Shown here piece after piece: positions 34,624 to 44,400 of a stretch of DNA of 48,263 nucleotides. A program made the position numbers and the translations under genes. Positions within the stretch are counted from its first letter, which is position 1, and the number at the start of each line of letters is the position of its first letter. The DNA comes from an uncultured Rickettsiales bacterium (GTDB lineage Bacteria > Pseudomonadota > Alphaproteobacteria > Rickettsiales > SXRF01), in contig CAZFJN010000004.1 in assembly GCA_964519595.1 (NCBI GenBank), positions 8,879-57,141 on the forward strand, given 5' to 3'. The notes below the pieces were generated by a model, which had not been told where the DNA came from, did no database searches, and saw nothing but the letters and a program-made list of their open reading frames with translations.

Positions 34624-35985
34624 ATGTCTAAAGCAAATTTTTCTGCAAATTCTTTGGTAAATTTTACGGCAATAATTCTTGCCGCCGGCAAAGGCACAAG
34701 AATGCGCTCGCAACTTCCTAAAGTTCTGCACAAAATTGCCGGAAAATCTATGGTTTCGCATGTGTTGTCAAGCGTAGCCAAATTAAATCCGGCGCAGATT
34801 ATAACAGTTGTCGCGCCGGAAATGCAGCAGGTTATGGCGGTATGCAGCGCGGAAGAAAAATCCTGCCGCTTTGTCGTGCAGAAACAGCAGAAAGGAACGG
34901 CAGATGCGGTAAGATGCGCTGTTTCCGAGCTTGGCAAGGTTGAATATGTTCTTGTGCTATGTGGTGACACGCCGCTGATAAGAACGGAAACCTTGCGCCA
35001 TTTGCTAAAAAAATCTGCAACAGAGGATGCAGATATTGCGGTTCTTGGAATGCGCCTTGATAATCCTAGCGGCTATGGCCGCATGATTACTGATAAAAAC
35101 AATAATCTGGAAGCAATCGTCGAATGTAAAGACGCCAGCGTTCAGAATAAAAAAATCAAGCTGTGCAATTCCGGAATAATGCTGATTCGCGCTAAATATA
35201 TCGCAGAATTGCTTGGCAAACTCTCAACTGATAATTCCGCAAATGAATATTATCTGACTGACATTATCGCAATCGCTAATCACAAAAAACTGCGCGTTAT
35301 AGCAGTTGAGGCAGATGATGTTTCCGAACTATCAGGAATTAATAACCGCGCGCAGCTTGCAGCGGCTGAGGAGATTTTCCAGCAGCGCCTTCGTTTGCAG
35401 GCGATGGAAAAAGGCGTAACCATGATAAATCCGCAAACGGTTTTTTTATCAGCTGATACTAGCTTTGGCGAAGATGTGGTTATTCATCCTTTTGTGGTGT
35501 TTTTATCCGGCGTGTCAGTTGGCAATAATGTCGAAATACGCTCTTATTCGCATATAGATAACGCGATCATTGAAAATGGCGCGATTATCGGACCTTTTGC
35601 GCGGATCAGGCCAGGCAGCCATATTGAGGAAAATGCACATGTCGGAAATTTTGTTGAGATAAAAGCCTCTCGCCTTGGCAAAGGCGCAAAGGCAAATCAT
35701 TTGTCATATATTGGCGATTCTGATGTCGGAGAAAATGCCAATATCGGCGCTGGCACAATAACCTGTAATTATGACGGCACGAACAAATATAAAACCACTA
35801 TCGGAAACGGCGCGTTTATCGGCTCTAATTCCTCGCTGGTTGCGCCTGTTGCAATAGGCAGCGGCGCAGTAATAGGAGCAGGAAGCGTAATAACCGCTGA
35901 TGTTGACGCAGACGCGCTGGCAATAGCCAGAGCAAGACAAATAGCGAAACCAGGCCGCGCAAAAACAAAAAACCAGAAAAAATAG
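34624..35985 (+). CDS. glmU: bifunctional UDP-N-acetylglucosamine diphosphorylase / glucosamine-1-phosphate N-acetyltransferase
   Basis: ILAAGKGTRM nucleotidyltransferase motif plus C-terminal left-handed beta-helix hexapeptide repeats. Confidence 0.95.
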   Translation: MSKANFSANSLVNFTAIILAAGKGTRMRSQLPKVLHKIAGKSMVSHVLSSVAKLNPAQIITVVAPEMQQVMAVCSAEEKSCRFVVQKQQKGTADAVRCAVSELGKVEYVLVLCGDTPLIRTETLRHLLKKSATEDADIAVLGMRLDNPSGYGRMITDKNNNLEAIVECKDASVQNKKIKLCNSGIMLIRAKYIAELLGKLSTDNSANEYYLTDIIAIANHKKLRVIAVEADDVSELSGINNRAQLAAAEEIFQQRLRLQAMEKGVTMINPQTVFLSADTSFGEDVVIHPFVVFLSGVSVGNNVEIRSYSHIDNAIIENGAIIGPFARIRPGSHIEENAHVGNFVEIKASRLGKGAKANHLSYIGDSDVGENANIGAGTITCNYDGTNKYKTTIGNGAFIGSNSSLVAPVAIGSGAVIGAGSVITADVDADALAIARARQIAKPGRAKTKNQKK

Positions 35986-35997
35986 CACTACATTTTT

Positions 35998-36486
35998 TCA
36001 AGTAGCGGCGATTTGTTTTTCTGCGGTTTTTAGCGCTATTATTAGAGATTTTTCCGTTGCTTGCTTGCGAATTGCTTCGCGGTCGCCGCCGAATATATGT
36101 TTTTCTACTATTGTTTGTCTGGCGTTTGCCAGCGCGATAAACACCAGCCCGACTGGCTTTTCAGGAGTTCCGCCGCTTGGTCCGGCAATTCCGGTTATGG
36201 CAATTGCCAGATTAGCTTTTGCCAGATTTCTTGCGCCTTCTGCCATTTCCTTGGCTACTATCTCGCTTACTGCGCCATATTTGCTGATGCTGGCGGCGCT
36301 AACGCCAAGCAGCGCGGTTTTTGCTGAATTCGCATAGCTGATAATTCCTTGCCGGAATATTGCCGATGCGCCGGGAATGTCAGTTATCGCGGCGGCAACA
36401 AGTCCTCCACTGCATGATTCAGCAGTGGTGATGCTGATATTATTGGCAATCAGATATTCAACCAGCTTTAGCGCAGCTTCAACCAT
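35998..36486 (-). CDS. pncC: CinA C-terminal domain protein / nicotinamide-nucleotide amidohydrolase PncC
   Basis: 162 aa; TAESCSGGL and ITGIAGP motifs. Confidence 0.88.
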   Translation of the reverse strand: MVEAALKLVEYLIANNISITTAESCSGGLVAAAITDIPGASAIFRQGIISYANSAKTALLGVSAASISKYGAVSEIVAKEMAEGARNLAKANLAIAITGIAGPSGGTPEKPVGLVFIALANARQTIVEKHIFGGDREAIRKQATEKSLIIALKTAEKQIAAT

Positions 36487-36965
36487 GACATTATTTCCTT
36501 CGCAGTTTCAGGGCTGATCGCATTAAGAATCAACATCAGCGCTACTGGATAAAGCGCGGCTAAAACATCATCAACCATAACGCCAAGTCCGCCTTTTATT
36601 TTCCGGTCAGCCAGCGAAACAGGCCATGGTTTAAGCACATCAAAAATACGAAAAACCACGAAGGCGGCAAGGTAACATTGCCAATTCGCCGTCATAAATG
36701 AAAGCAGCATAAAAATCGCTGCGGCTTCGTCAATTACAATTTCGCCGGGATCTTGCTTTCCGGTTGAATTTACATATTTTTCTGCTGCTATTACGCCAAT
36801 GGCAAACAACGCGCAACCGGCAGCGGCAAGGACAATATTGCCAAATGTAATTTGAATTACATAAGCGAAAGGCAAGGCGGCCAGCGTTCCACATGTTCCG
36901 CGCGCATATCGGCAATGCAGACTTACGCCAAACCAGCTGATAATCATCAATATCCAGCGTTCCAT
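36468..36965 (-). CDS. pgpA: phosphatidylglycerophosphatase A
   Basis: 165-aa membrane protein with PGTCGTLAALP-like and IVIDEAA motifs. Overlaps pncC by 19 nt on the same strand. Confidence 0.88.
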   Translation of the reverse strand: MERWILMIISWFGVSLHCRYARGTCGTLAALPFAYVIQITFGNIVLAAAGCALFAIGVIAAEKYVNSTGKQDPGEIVIDEAAAIFMLLSFMTANWQCYLAAFVVFRIFDVLKPWPVSLADRKIKGGLGVMVDDVLAALYPVALMLILNAISPETAKEIMSWLKLR

Positions 36966-36976
36966 ATGTGTTTCCA

Positions 36977-37171
36977 GTTAGTTAGCAGTAGGTAGTTGGC
37001 AGTTAGCAGTGGGCAGTTGGCAGTTGGTAGTTGGCAGTGGAATCAATATATCTGTTCAGAAATAAGTTTAACTATGTACAGCATTGATTTGCAATTGCTT
37101 TCTGCTAACATCTGCTTTTGCTGCTAACCGCTAACCGCCCACTGCCCACTGCCAACTGCTAACTAACTAAC
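36977..37171. repeat. STR-armed foldback occupying the pgpA/trpB divergent intergenic region
   Basis: The left arm (36977-37040) is built of gcagttgg / gcagttag units. The right arm (37121-37171) is its imperfect reverse complement (ccaactgc, cccactgc, ctaaccgc units). The outer ends gttagttagcag / ctgctaactaac pair. The centre is about 80 bp of unique sequence. Confidence 0.75.
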
Positions 37172-37176
37172 ATCGT

Positions 37177-38379
37177 ATGAACAAAAACAATATCTTTCCA
37201 GATTCACAAGGTCATTTTGGTATTTTTGGCGGTAGATATGTTGCTGAAACTCTGATGCCGCTTATTTTAGAGGTAGAGAGTCTATGGAATAAATGCAAAC
37301 AGGATCAGGCTTTCTGGAATGAGTTTTCATATTACATGAAAAACTATGTCGGACGTGAAAGTCCGCTATATTTCGCCGCGCGTCTTACTGAAAAATTAGG
37401 CGGTGCAAAAATATATTTCAAGCGCGATGAGCTTAATCATACAGGCGCTCATAAAATAAATAACTGCATCGGACAAGCTCTGCTGGCAAAACGCCTTGGC
37501 CGTAATCGGATAATCGCTGAAACCGGAGCAGGGCAGCACGGTGTTGCTACCGCTACGGTTTGTGCCTTATTTGGCCTTAAATGTGTGATCTATATGGGCG
37601 CTAAGGATATTCAGCGTCAGGCGACGAATGTCTTCCGTATGAAGCTGCTTGGCGCGGAAGTTATCGCGGTAGAATCAGGCAGCAGAACGCTTAAAGATGC
37701 AATGAATGAAGCTCTGCGCGACTGGGTAAGCAATGTTCATGATACTTATTATTTAATTGGAACAGCAGCAGGTCCTCATCCTTATCCGGAAATGGTTCGT
37801 GATTTTCAAAGCATAATTGGCCAAGAGGCGCGCGCGCAAATTCAGGCGGCGGAAGGGCGGCTGCCGGATTCGCTGGTTGCCAGCATTGGCGGCGGCAGTA
37901 ATGCGATTGGCTTGTTTTATCCTTTCCTGAATGACGAGAAGGTGCGTTTAATTGGCGTTGAAGCAGCTGGAAAAGGTATCAACACTGCTTATCATGCCGC
38001 CAGTCTGGCGCAGGGAAAACCAGGCGTTTTACATGGTTCAAGAACTTATCTGCTGCAAAATGATGATGGTCAGATATTAGATGCACATTCAATTTCCGCC
38101 GGACTTGATTATCCCGGAATTGGTCCGGAGCATAGTTTTCTGCATGAATCAGGACGCGCTGAATATGTTTATGCAACTGACGATGAAGCCTTAGCCGCTT
38201 TCCGTCTTACTGCTGCTCTGGAAGGAATTCTGCCAGCTCTTGAGCCTAGTCATGCGCTGGCTTATGCAGCGAAATTAGCGCCGACTTTGCCGCAGGATCA
38301 TCTGATGATAATAAATATATGTGGCCGTGGTGATAAGGATATATTCACTGTCGCTGAGGCTCTGGGAGTGAAAATATGA
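37177..38379 (+). CDS. trpB: tryptophan synthase beta chain
   Basis: [11 protein letters not shown] (PLP Lys) and GGGSNAIG motifs; 400 aa. Confidence 0.96.
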   Translation: MNKNNIFPDSQGHFGIFGGRYVAETLMPLILEVESLWNKCKQDQAFWNEFSYYMKNYVGRESPLYFAARLTEKLGGAKIYFKRDELNHTGAHKINNCIGQALLAKRLGRNRIIAETGAGQHGVATATVCALFGLKCVIYMGAKDIQRQATNVFRMKLLGAEVIAVESGSRTLKDAMNEALRDWVSNVHDTYYLIGTAAGPHPYPEMVRDFQSIIGQEARAQIQAAEGRLPDSLVASIGGGSNAIGLFYPFLNDEKVRLIGVEAAGKGINTAYHAASLAQGKPGVLHGSRTYLLQNDDGQILDAHSISAGLDYPGIGPEHSFLHESGRAEYVYATDDEALAAFRLTAALEGILPALEPSHALAYAAKLAPTLPQDHLMIINICGRGDKDIFTVAEALGVKI

Positions 38380-39179
38380 GCAGAATAGAGGCGGTTTTCG
38401 CTAAAACCAGAGCGGAAGGAAGGTCGGCATTAATTCCGTTTATAATGGCTTATGATGGCGGGCGGGAATTTACTAAAGAATTGCTAGATTATTTAGCGGA
38501 AAATGGCGCTGATCTTATAGAAATAGGCGTGCCTTTTTCTGATCCTATGGCTGATGGTGTGATTATTCAGGAAGCAGGCGCGCGCGGTCTTGCTGCAGGA
38601 GCATCGCTGGCTGGTATTTTAGAAATTGTTGGTGAATTTCGTAAGAATAATGAAAAAATTCCTGTGATATTAATGGGATATTATAATCCGGTTTATCGCT
38701 ATGGTAGCGGTAAATTCTGTAAGGATGCCGCGAAGGCCGGAGTTGACGGCGTGATTATAGTTGATTTACCACCAGAAGAAGAGGCAGAGATTACGCCTGA
38801 TCTTAAAAATAATAATATTGATTTTATTCGTTTAATAGCGCCAACCAGCGAGGGAGAGCGGCTTGCGAAACTAACGGCAAATGCCAGCGGATTTATATAT
38901 TACATTGCCGTTGCCGGAATAACTGGCGGAAAATCGGCAAATGCCGCGCATCTGGCAGAAAGGCTGGCGCTGATACGTTCATATAGCGCGCTGCCGATTG
39001 CGGTAGGATTTGGAATAAAGAGCGCAAAGCAGGCGGCGGAATTAAAAGGCATCGCTGATGCGGTGGTGGTAGGCTCAGCTTTAGTTGATATTATTCACCA
39101 GGCGGGAAATAACGCGCAACATAAAATAGCTGCGGCGTGTGATTTTATTAAGGAGTTAGCCGCGGCAATTCGTACATAG
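38376..39179 (+). CDS. trpA: tryptophan synthase alpha chain
   Basis: 267 aa with [14 protein letters not shown] and VGFGI motifs. The ATGA overlap with trpB indicates translational coupling. Confidence 0.95.
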   Translation: MSRIEAVFAKTRAEGRSALIPFIMAYDGGREFTKELLDYLAENGADLIEIGVPFSDPMADGVIIQEAGARGLAAGASLAGILEIVGEFRKNNEKIPVILMGYYNPVYRYGSGKFCKDAAKAGVDGVIIVDLPPEEEAEITPDLKNNNIDFIRLIAPTSEGERLAKLTANASGFIYYIAVAGITGGKSANAAHLAERLALIRSYSALPIAVGFGIKSAKQAAELKGIADAVVVGSALVDIIHQAGNNAQHKIAAACDFIKELAAAIRT

Positions 39180-39879
39180 TAAGCGAGGCATCACCGTAAA
39201 TCTGAGGTGGTGGCGTGAGCTTATTTGCAATTCCGTAGTCAATGCCGCTTAAAACCGCTTGAACTGCGCTTTTTACATCAACATCAGCGCAAGAGACGCG
39301 GTGTTCGATATGTTTATCATTCCATGGTTTGTCAGGAAGGCGCAGAGCGCATGTGCGGTTATTAGCTCCCCAGCTGACGGTAGTTGGCGCGTTACCGCCG
39401 GCAACAAAACGTTTCCGGCTTTTTTCGTCTGGCGCGAATATTTTCATATTATCGCGCATGGTGGCCAGTAAGCCGCCGAGTGAATAAGCCAGCATATCGC
39501 TTAGCTGATCATCTTTTTTCCAGTAGAGATTATTACCTTCTGCATCTTCCATATGCACATGTATATGCAGTCCGCTGCCGTAATCATCAGCAAGAGGCCG
39601 CGCGGAAAAATCTGCTTTCATATTGTATGAAGCAGCCAGATCAGAAGATATTTTTTTTAACTGCTCAGTGTCGGCGATTATTTTTTCGATATTCTCACTA
39701 TGGCGCAGTGAGATTTCATACTGGCTGAGTCCTCGCTCTTTTTCAATTCTGAAAATCTCAAGGCCGCAATCAGCGCATAAAAGCGGCAATTTCAGAAAAT
39801 ACTCGGAAATTTTGCTATTATCAGAATCAAACAGATAAAATTCTATTTCCGTAGCGACTATATATTTGCCGTAAATCAC
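39148..39879 (-). CDS. truncated glutamine synthetase-like protein (catalytic-domain core only; possible gene remnant)
   Basis: GS catalytic motifs are present (TEIEFYLF, DDYGSGLHIHVHM, TVSWGANNRTCALRLP, IEHRVSCAD), but there is no N-terminal beta-grasp domain and no C-terminal helices. The ORF is open to 39948, which would overlap trxA by 53 nt. A GTG at 39879 just after the trxA stop is the likeliest start. The 3' end overlaps trpA by 32 nt. Confidence 0.5.
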   Translation of the reverse strand: MIYGKYIVATEIEFYLFDSDNSKISEYFLKLPLLCADCGLEIFRIEKERGLSQYEISLRHSENIEKIIADTEQLKKISSDLAASYNMKADFSARPLADDYGSGLHIHVHMEDAEGNNLYWKKDDQLSDMLAYSLGGLLATMRDNMKIFAPDEKSRKRFVAGGNAPTTVSWGANNRTCALRLPDKPWNDKHIEHRVSCADVDVKSAVQAVLSGIDYGIANKLTPPPQIYGDASLTMYELPRLTP

Positions 39880-39900
39880 GTATATTTGCCGTAAATCACG
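39861..39900. repeat. perfect 20-bp tandem duplication spanning the trxA stop codon
   Basis: tatatttgccgtaaatcacg at 39861-39880 and again at 39881-39900. The trxA stop (tca on the plus strand, 39896-39898) lies in the second copy. Confidence 0.95.
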
Positions 39901-40216
39901 CCACTGAATCAATCCATTCAACCAGTTTAGATTTTGGCAGTGAACCAACTTTTGTTGAAGCGGCGCTGCCGTTTTTAAACATGATCAGAGTTGGAATACC
40001 GCGCACGCCGTATTTCTGCGGAGTTGCCGGATTTTTGTCAATATTGATTTTGGCGACAATTATTTTGCCGGATTTTTCATTGGAAATTTCTTCCAGAACT
40101 GGTCCGATCTGGCGGCAAGGACCGCACCATTCTGCCCAGAAATCAACAAGAACAGGAACATCTGATTTTAAAACTTTTGTGTCAAATTCACCATCATCAA
40201 CATGTATACAAGGCAT
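39896..40216 (-). CDS. trxA: thioredoxin
   Basis: 106 aa with the [10 protein letters not shown] active site. Confidence 0.96.
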   Translation of the reverse strand: MPCIHVDDGEFDTKVLKSDVPVLVDFWAEWCGPCRQIGPVLEEISNEKSGKIIVAKINIDKNPATPQKYGVRGIPTLIMFKNGSAASTKVGSLPKSKLVEWIDSVA

Positions 40217-40362
40217 GATTCCTCCAAAATTATTTTGCGAAGTCTAAAAGCCAGAAGCCAATAGCTAAAATCTAAAAGCCAGCGCAGATATGATCTCACT
40301 CTAGGCTTGTTAGAATAATTCGTCAAGCGTCACGTAATCGCAATTTTCTGTAGCAATTTTCT

Positions 40363-43300
40363 TCATAAATTTTCGTCATCAACCGTCAGATCATCAAGCC
40401 AGTCGATTCTTGGAATTGCTGTCCATAGCAAGGAGGTTTTGATTTTATGATCAGGATAAATTGCTGCAAGCAGCTTCTTATAAATAGCCATTTGGTTGAT
40501 ATATAAGCGTGGAATTTTATTAAAAGGCGGCGGCGTGATGGTTGATTTATAATCAACAATCCACAATTCGTTGCCGACTATCGACAGACGGTCAATTCGT
40601 CCGGAAACAGGAATAGATTTGCCGCGCCAGAGGATTTTTCCTGAAACAGGAACTTCCGCCAGAGAATTTTCGTAAAATAACGGCGCGTAATCAGGATGTT
40701 CAATAACATTTAGCGCCTCGCTAACAAGAGCTTCCTGTTCTTTATTATCAAGATTTGGCGCGTGATCGCGGACAATATTTAAGGCGGCGCGTTTTTTGAT
40801 TGAAACTGTTTTTAAAGCCGGAATATGTTGTATGATACGGTGCAAGGCGATTCCGCGCTGGCGCAATTTTTCATCAAATAACGGCGAGATATTTTTAGCG
40901 TTTTCGTCATCAGGGCGCGAAGGAGAGAGTGTTGTTTCTGTAGATTCTTCCGGCAAAGGAGCGGCAAACAACTGTGTATCTGGTGAAGATTTGTCAGCGG
41001 AAGGAGGATTATTTTCCTCATCTATAGCAGATGATATAGCAGATGATTCAACTGGCGAGCTTTCCTTTGTCGGAAAAGGGTCTTTGCCGATTGTGATTAC
41101 GCCGTCAGCGCGGCAATTTCCCAGCGCGGAAAAAGCTTTTTCAGTAAGTTCGTACCATGATCCTTCCTGATAACCGGCTTTGCTGTTGCCGTGTTCAGCG
41201 CCGCAGATGATGAGAATATCTTCTGCTCTGGTCATTGCTACATATAATAAACGGCGATATTCCTGCATCTGTGCGGTTGTTTCCAGTAATTTCGCTTTAC
41301 GAATTGTGTTGCTGGCAGCGGAAGAAGAAAGAGTGGCCAGAGGAATTTTATCAATGCCATTGCCTTGCCATTGAATTTTATCATAAACACCAGGCACGCT
41401 GGTACTGTCAGCGATTATAACTAACTTTGCCTGCAGACCTTTGGCGGCGTGAATTGTCATGATTCTTATACGTCCGCCGGAATGTTCCATATCGCGTTTT
41501 AATTCTGTTTCGCCGCTTTGCATCCAGTTGATAAAACCTTGCAGAGAAGGAATATTTGCTTGTTCAAACAGCAAAGCCTGTTCAAGGAAAATATCCAGAG
41601 TTTCGCGCGCTTCTTCACCAAAACGGCTGACGAAAGCGCGGCGAATTTTAGATGTTTCCAGCAATTCGCTGAAGAGATTATAAGGAGACAGGAAATCAGC
41701 CTTTTTACGAAACTCGGCAAGCAGCAGAAAAGAAGGATTAGGCGAGTGCAAGATCTGCTGATAAAGCGAAGAAGCGCGATCATGACAGAGAGTGAATAAT
41801 TCTTCTTCGCTTATCGAAAAAATTGGCGATTTAAGAACTGCTGCTAAAGTCAGATCATCTTCCGGAAATAGCAATAGCTGAGCAAAAGCCAGCAGATCCT
41901 GAATGATTATATTGTCTGTAAGGCGCATACGGTCAACGCCTGCAACTGGCAGTCCTTTGCGGCGCAAGGCTCTGGTTAAATGCGCGATGAAAGAGGTGCG
42001 CCTTCTGACTAGAATCATAATATCTCCGGCGGCAAGTCCGGCAGCGATTTTTTCCGCTAGAAATTTGGCTATTTTTGTGGCCAGCAGATATTCAGCGCTG
42101 AGATTATGTTCTTTATCAGCAGCAACCAGCGGCCAGTATTCGCAATAGCCTGATGCTTCCGTTCTGATTGCCTGATGGTTTATGCGATTTTTTTTCTGAG
42201 TGTTTTCTGGAACAATATTTTCTGGAATAGTATTCTCTGTAATGGTATTTTCTGGAACATCTTTTAGAAAATCCTCAGCGCATAAACCATCAGCTGTTGC
42301 GGCTTCAGAAAAAACCTTATCAACCAGTGCTAATATTTCCGCCGCGGAACGATATGAATGCGTAAGCGCCAGATTATCATAAGCATTTGCTGAGTCATTG
42401 AGGCGGGCAATGAAATAGTTGCGATTTTCCGATAATCCGGCCGGATCAGCGCCTTGAAAACGGAAAATCGACTGTTTTTCATCACCAACTACGAATAAAG
42501 AGCGGAATTTATCATTGCTGCCTTTGCCGGAAAAAAATTCCTCAGTAATTGCGCGAATTATCTGCCATTGCTCTGGACTAGTATCTTGCGCTTCATCAAC
42601 TAGCACATGATCTATTCCGCCATCGAGCTTATACATAACCCACTGATTAATTCCGCTTGTGGAAAGCAGTCTGGAAGCGGCATAAATCTGATCATCAAAA
42701 TCCATAAAGCCATTGCGCTGTTTAAGATTTTCATATTGCGCGATCAAAGCTGCACCGACTCTTAGCAGTCGTGTGGTAAATTGTGCATCATTTCTGGCAT
42801 TTTGCTCTTCAATGGCTTTTAAGGCGATATTCTGTTCAGTAAGCAACAGCTGTTCCTGCTGAGCAGAAATGGTGTTTTTAGTGAAGAGAAGGCGTGGTCC
42901 ACCTTTATTCTCGCCGCTATTAATCTGGAAGCTGCGAATATAAGCAATATAGTCGTGGTGGCGCGGATTATTCGCAGTACACCATTTATACAGCACATTG
43001 GCGGTTGTATTGTTGCGCGATTTGTTGCTGGCGGCAAGAATATCAGCAATAAGGCGCAGAGATTTTATATGATTTTCTGCGCGGCTGATTGTGGCAAAAG
43101 TTAGATCAACTGCGTTTATTTTTTCATCAACGCCAAAAGCGCGATATATTTTCCGGCAGGCGCTTACAATATCTCCTGATGATTCTATGAATCTGGCGAG
43201 ATCGCGTTTTTTCTTGATCATTTCTGATAAAAACGCCAATAGCGAATATTCGCCGAGCTGTTGCACCAGATGATATAAATCATCTTTTTCCGTTATTGCG

Positions 43301-43821
43301 CCGGAATCAATTCCGGAAAATAAGCGCATTCTTGCTTCTTTAAGCAGCGCCGATTGCGTAGCTTCATCAATAACTGATAAATGCGTTCCTACTCCGGCTT
43401 CCAGAGGAAAACGCGCCAGAATTGACTGACAAAAACCATGAATAGTCTGCAAGCGCAAACCAACTGTCGAATCAAGAACCATGGCAAATAAGCTGCGCGC
43501 GCGGCGGATAATTGCGCTGCTTAGAGGTGGCGGCATAAATTCAGCCAGCTGCTCTTTCAACTGCTCTTCCGGCATCATAACCCAGTTGCCGAGAGTGCCA
43601 GTAATGCGTTCTGACATTTCAGCCGCCGCGCCATTGGTAAAAGTAAGGCAAAGTATTTTCGAAGGCGGCACGCCGTTCATTAAAAGCGATAGAACGCGGC
43701 GAACCAGCAGGCCGGTTTTGCCTGATCCTGCATTAGCGGCGACAAACACGCTATATTCAGGATTAAAGGCAAAATTGGCGATTTTTAACGATTTTTCCGG
43801 CTTTTTTGCTATAAACGTCAT
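40363..43821 (-). CDS. addA: double-strand break repair helicase-nuclease AddA (UvrD-like, alphaproteobacterial type)
   Basis: 1152 aa with AANAGSGKTG (Walker A), VLVDEAQDTS, UvrD-like motifs, and a C-terminal nuclease motif (GRIDRLS ... WIVDYKS). Followed by trxA, as in other alphaproteobacteria. Confidence 0.9.
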   Translation of the reverse strand: MTFIAKKPEKSLKIANFAFNPEYSVFVAANAGSGKTGLLVRRVLSLLMNGVPPSKILCLTFTNGAAAEMSERITGTLGNWVMMPEEQLKEQLAEFMPPPLSSAIIRRARSLFAMVLDSTVGLRLQTIHGFCQSILARFPLEAGVGTHLSVIDEATQSALLKEARMRLFSGIDSGAITEKDDLYHLVQQLGEYSLLAFLSEMIKKKRDLARFIESSGDIVSACRKIYRAFGVDEKINAVDLTFATISRAENHIKSLRLIADILAASNKSRNNTTANVLYKWCTANNPRHHDYIAYIRSFQINSGENKGGPRLLFTKNTISAQQEQLLLTEQNIALKAIEEQNARNDAQFTTRLLRVGAALIAQYENLKQRNGFMDFDDQIYAASRLLSTSGINQWVMYKLDGGIDHVLVDEAQDTSPEQWQIIRAITEEFFSGKGSNDKFRSLFVVGDEKQSIFRFQGADPAGLSENRNYFIARLNDSANAYDNLALTHSYRSAAEILALVDKVFSEAATADGLCAEDFLKDVPENTITENTIPENIVPENTQKKNRINHQAIRTEASGYCEYWPLVAADKEHNLSAEYLLATKIAKFLAEKIAAGLAAGDIMILVRRRTSFIAHLTRALRRKGLPVAGVDRMRLTDNIIIQDLLAFAQLLLFPEDDLTLAAVLKSPIFSISEEELFTLCHDRASSLYQQILHSPNPSFLLLAEFRKKADFLSPYNLFSELLETSKIRRAFVSRFGEEARETLDIFLEQALLFEQANIPSLQGFINWMQSGETELKRDMEHSGGRIRIMTIHAAKGLQAKLVIIADSTSVPGVYDKIQWQGNGIDKIPLATLSSSAASNTIRKAKLLETTAQMQEYRRLLYVAMTRAEDILIICGAEHGNSKAGYQEGSWYELTEKAFSALGNCRADGVITIGKDPFPTKESSPVESSAISSAIDEENNPPSADKSSPDTQLFAAPLPEESTETTLSPSRPDDENAKNISPLFDEKLRQRGIALHRIIQHIPALKTVSIKKRAALNIVRDHAPNLDNKEQEALVSEALNVIEHPDYAPLFYENSLAEVPVSGKILWRGKSIPVSGRIDRLSIVGNELWIVDYKSTITPPPFNKIPRLYINQMAIYKKLLAAIYPDHKIKTSLLWTAIPRIDWLDDLTVDDENL
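42203..42262 (-). repeat. in-frame 15-bp tandem repeat in addA (PENTI TENTI PENIV PENTQ)
   Basis: Four consecutive plus-strand units of the form ttttctggaacaata. Confidence 0.85.
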
Positions 43822-43860
43822 AAAAACTTAATAATTATAATACCTCTGATGAGTTATAAT

Positions 43861-43918
43861 AAGGCTATAACAAGATAAAATAAGGCTACAGTAAGACTAT
43901 AGCAAGGCTACAGTAAGA
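43861..43918. repeat. 21-22-bp periodic repeat (aaggcta[tc]a[ag][ct]aaga) x3 between the addA start and rcdA
   Basis: Copies start at 43861, 43882 and 43904. Confidence 0.8.
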
Positions 43919-43962
43919 CGATGTTCCAAGGATGAAATCTTGATTTGCAGGAGATTAAATTA

Positions 43963-44394
43963 GTGCGTAACAAGAACTCTAATACATCAGAAATACAAAA
44001 CGCGCCGCAGATTTTTTTCATGCCCGGCTTGTTCAACGAAACAATGAACCTTCTTACCGAGGCGCGTGATTATTTTCAGGCGCATGGTGAACAAGATCAG
44101 GCGAGAATAAATGAATTCATGCGCGCTATATATGCCAGTGAAATGTCGCGCATAACCTTGCGTCTTTCAACTATTATGGCGTGGACAATGGCGCAGCGCG
44201 CAGTGCTTGCCGGAAAAATATCTTATGAAGAGGCGGTGCGTTATCATGCTCTTGGTTATCAGGATGTCTGCCGTGTTGACAGCAGCGTGTTGCATGAAAT
44301 ATTGCCGAGCTATGTTTGCCAGCTTCTTGATCGTTCGCATGAGCTTTATGAGCGAGTTTTCCGGCTTGATGAAAGGCTGAGAATGAACGTTTGA
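43963..44394 (+). CDS. rcdA: regulator of CtrA degradation RcdA (DUF1465 family)
   Basis: LLTEARDYF ... SEMSRITLRLSTIMAWTMAQRAVLAGKIS matches the DUF1465/RcdA signature as I recall it (ES.RLTTRLMQ.ASWLLLQRAV..GE). The GTG at 43963 lies 9 nt after an AGGAG. The ORF is open from a TTG at 43945, and there is also an ATG at 44020. Confidence 0.72.
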   Translation: MRNKNSNTSEIQNAPQIFFMPGLFNETMNLLTEARDYFQAHGEQDQARINEFMRAIYASEMSRITLRLSTIMAWTMAQRAVLAGKISYEEAVRYHALGYQDVCRVDSSVLHEILPSYVCQLLDRSHELYERVFRLDERLRMNV

Positions 44395-44400
44395 GAAATT

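Noticed and set aside
37074-37127. 17-codon mini-ORF (MYSIDLQLLSANICFCC) upstream of trpB as a trp attenuator leader peptide
   Set aside because: It contains no Trp codons, and no terminator/antiterminator pair with a U-tract follows it.
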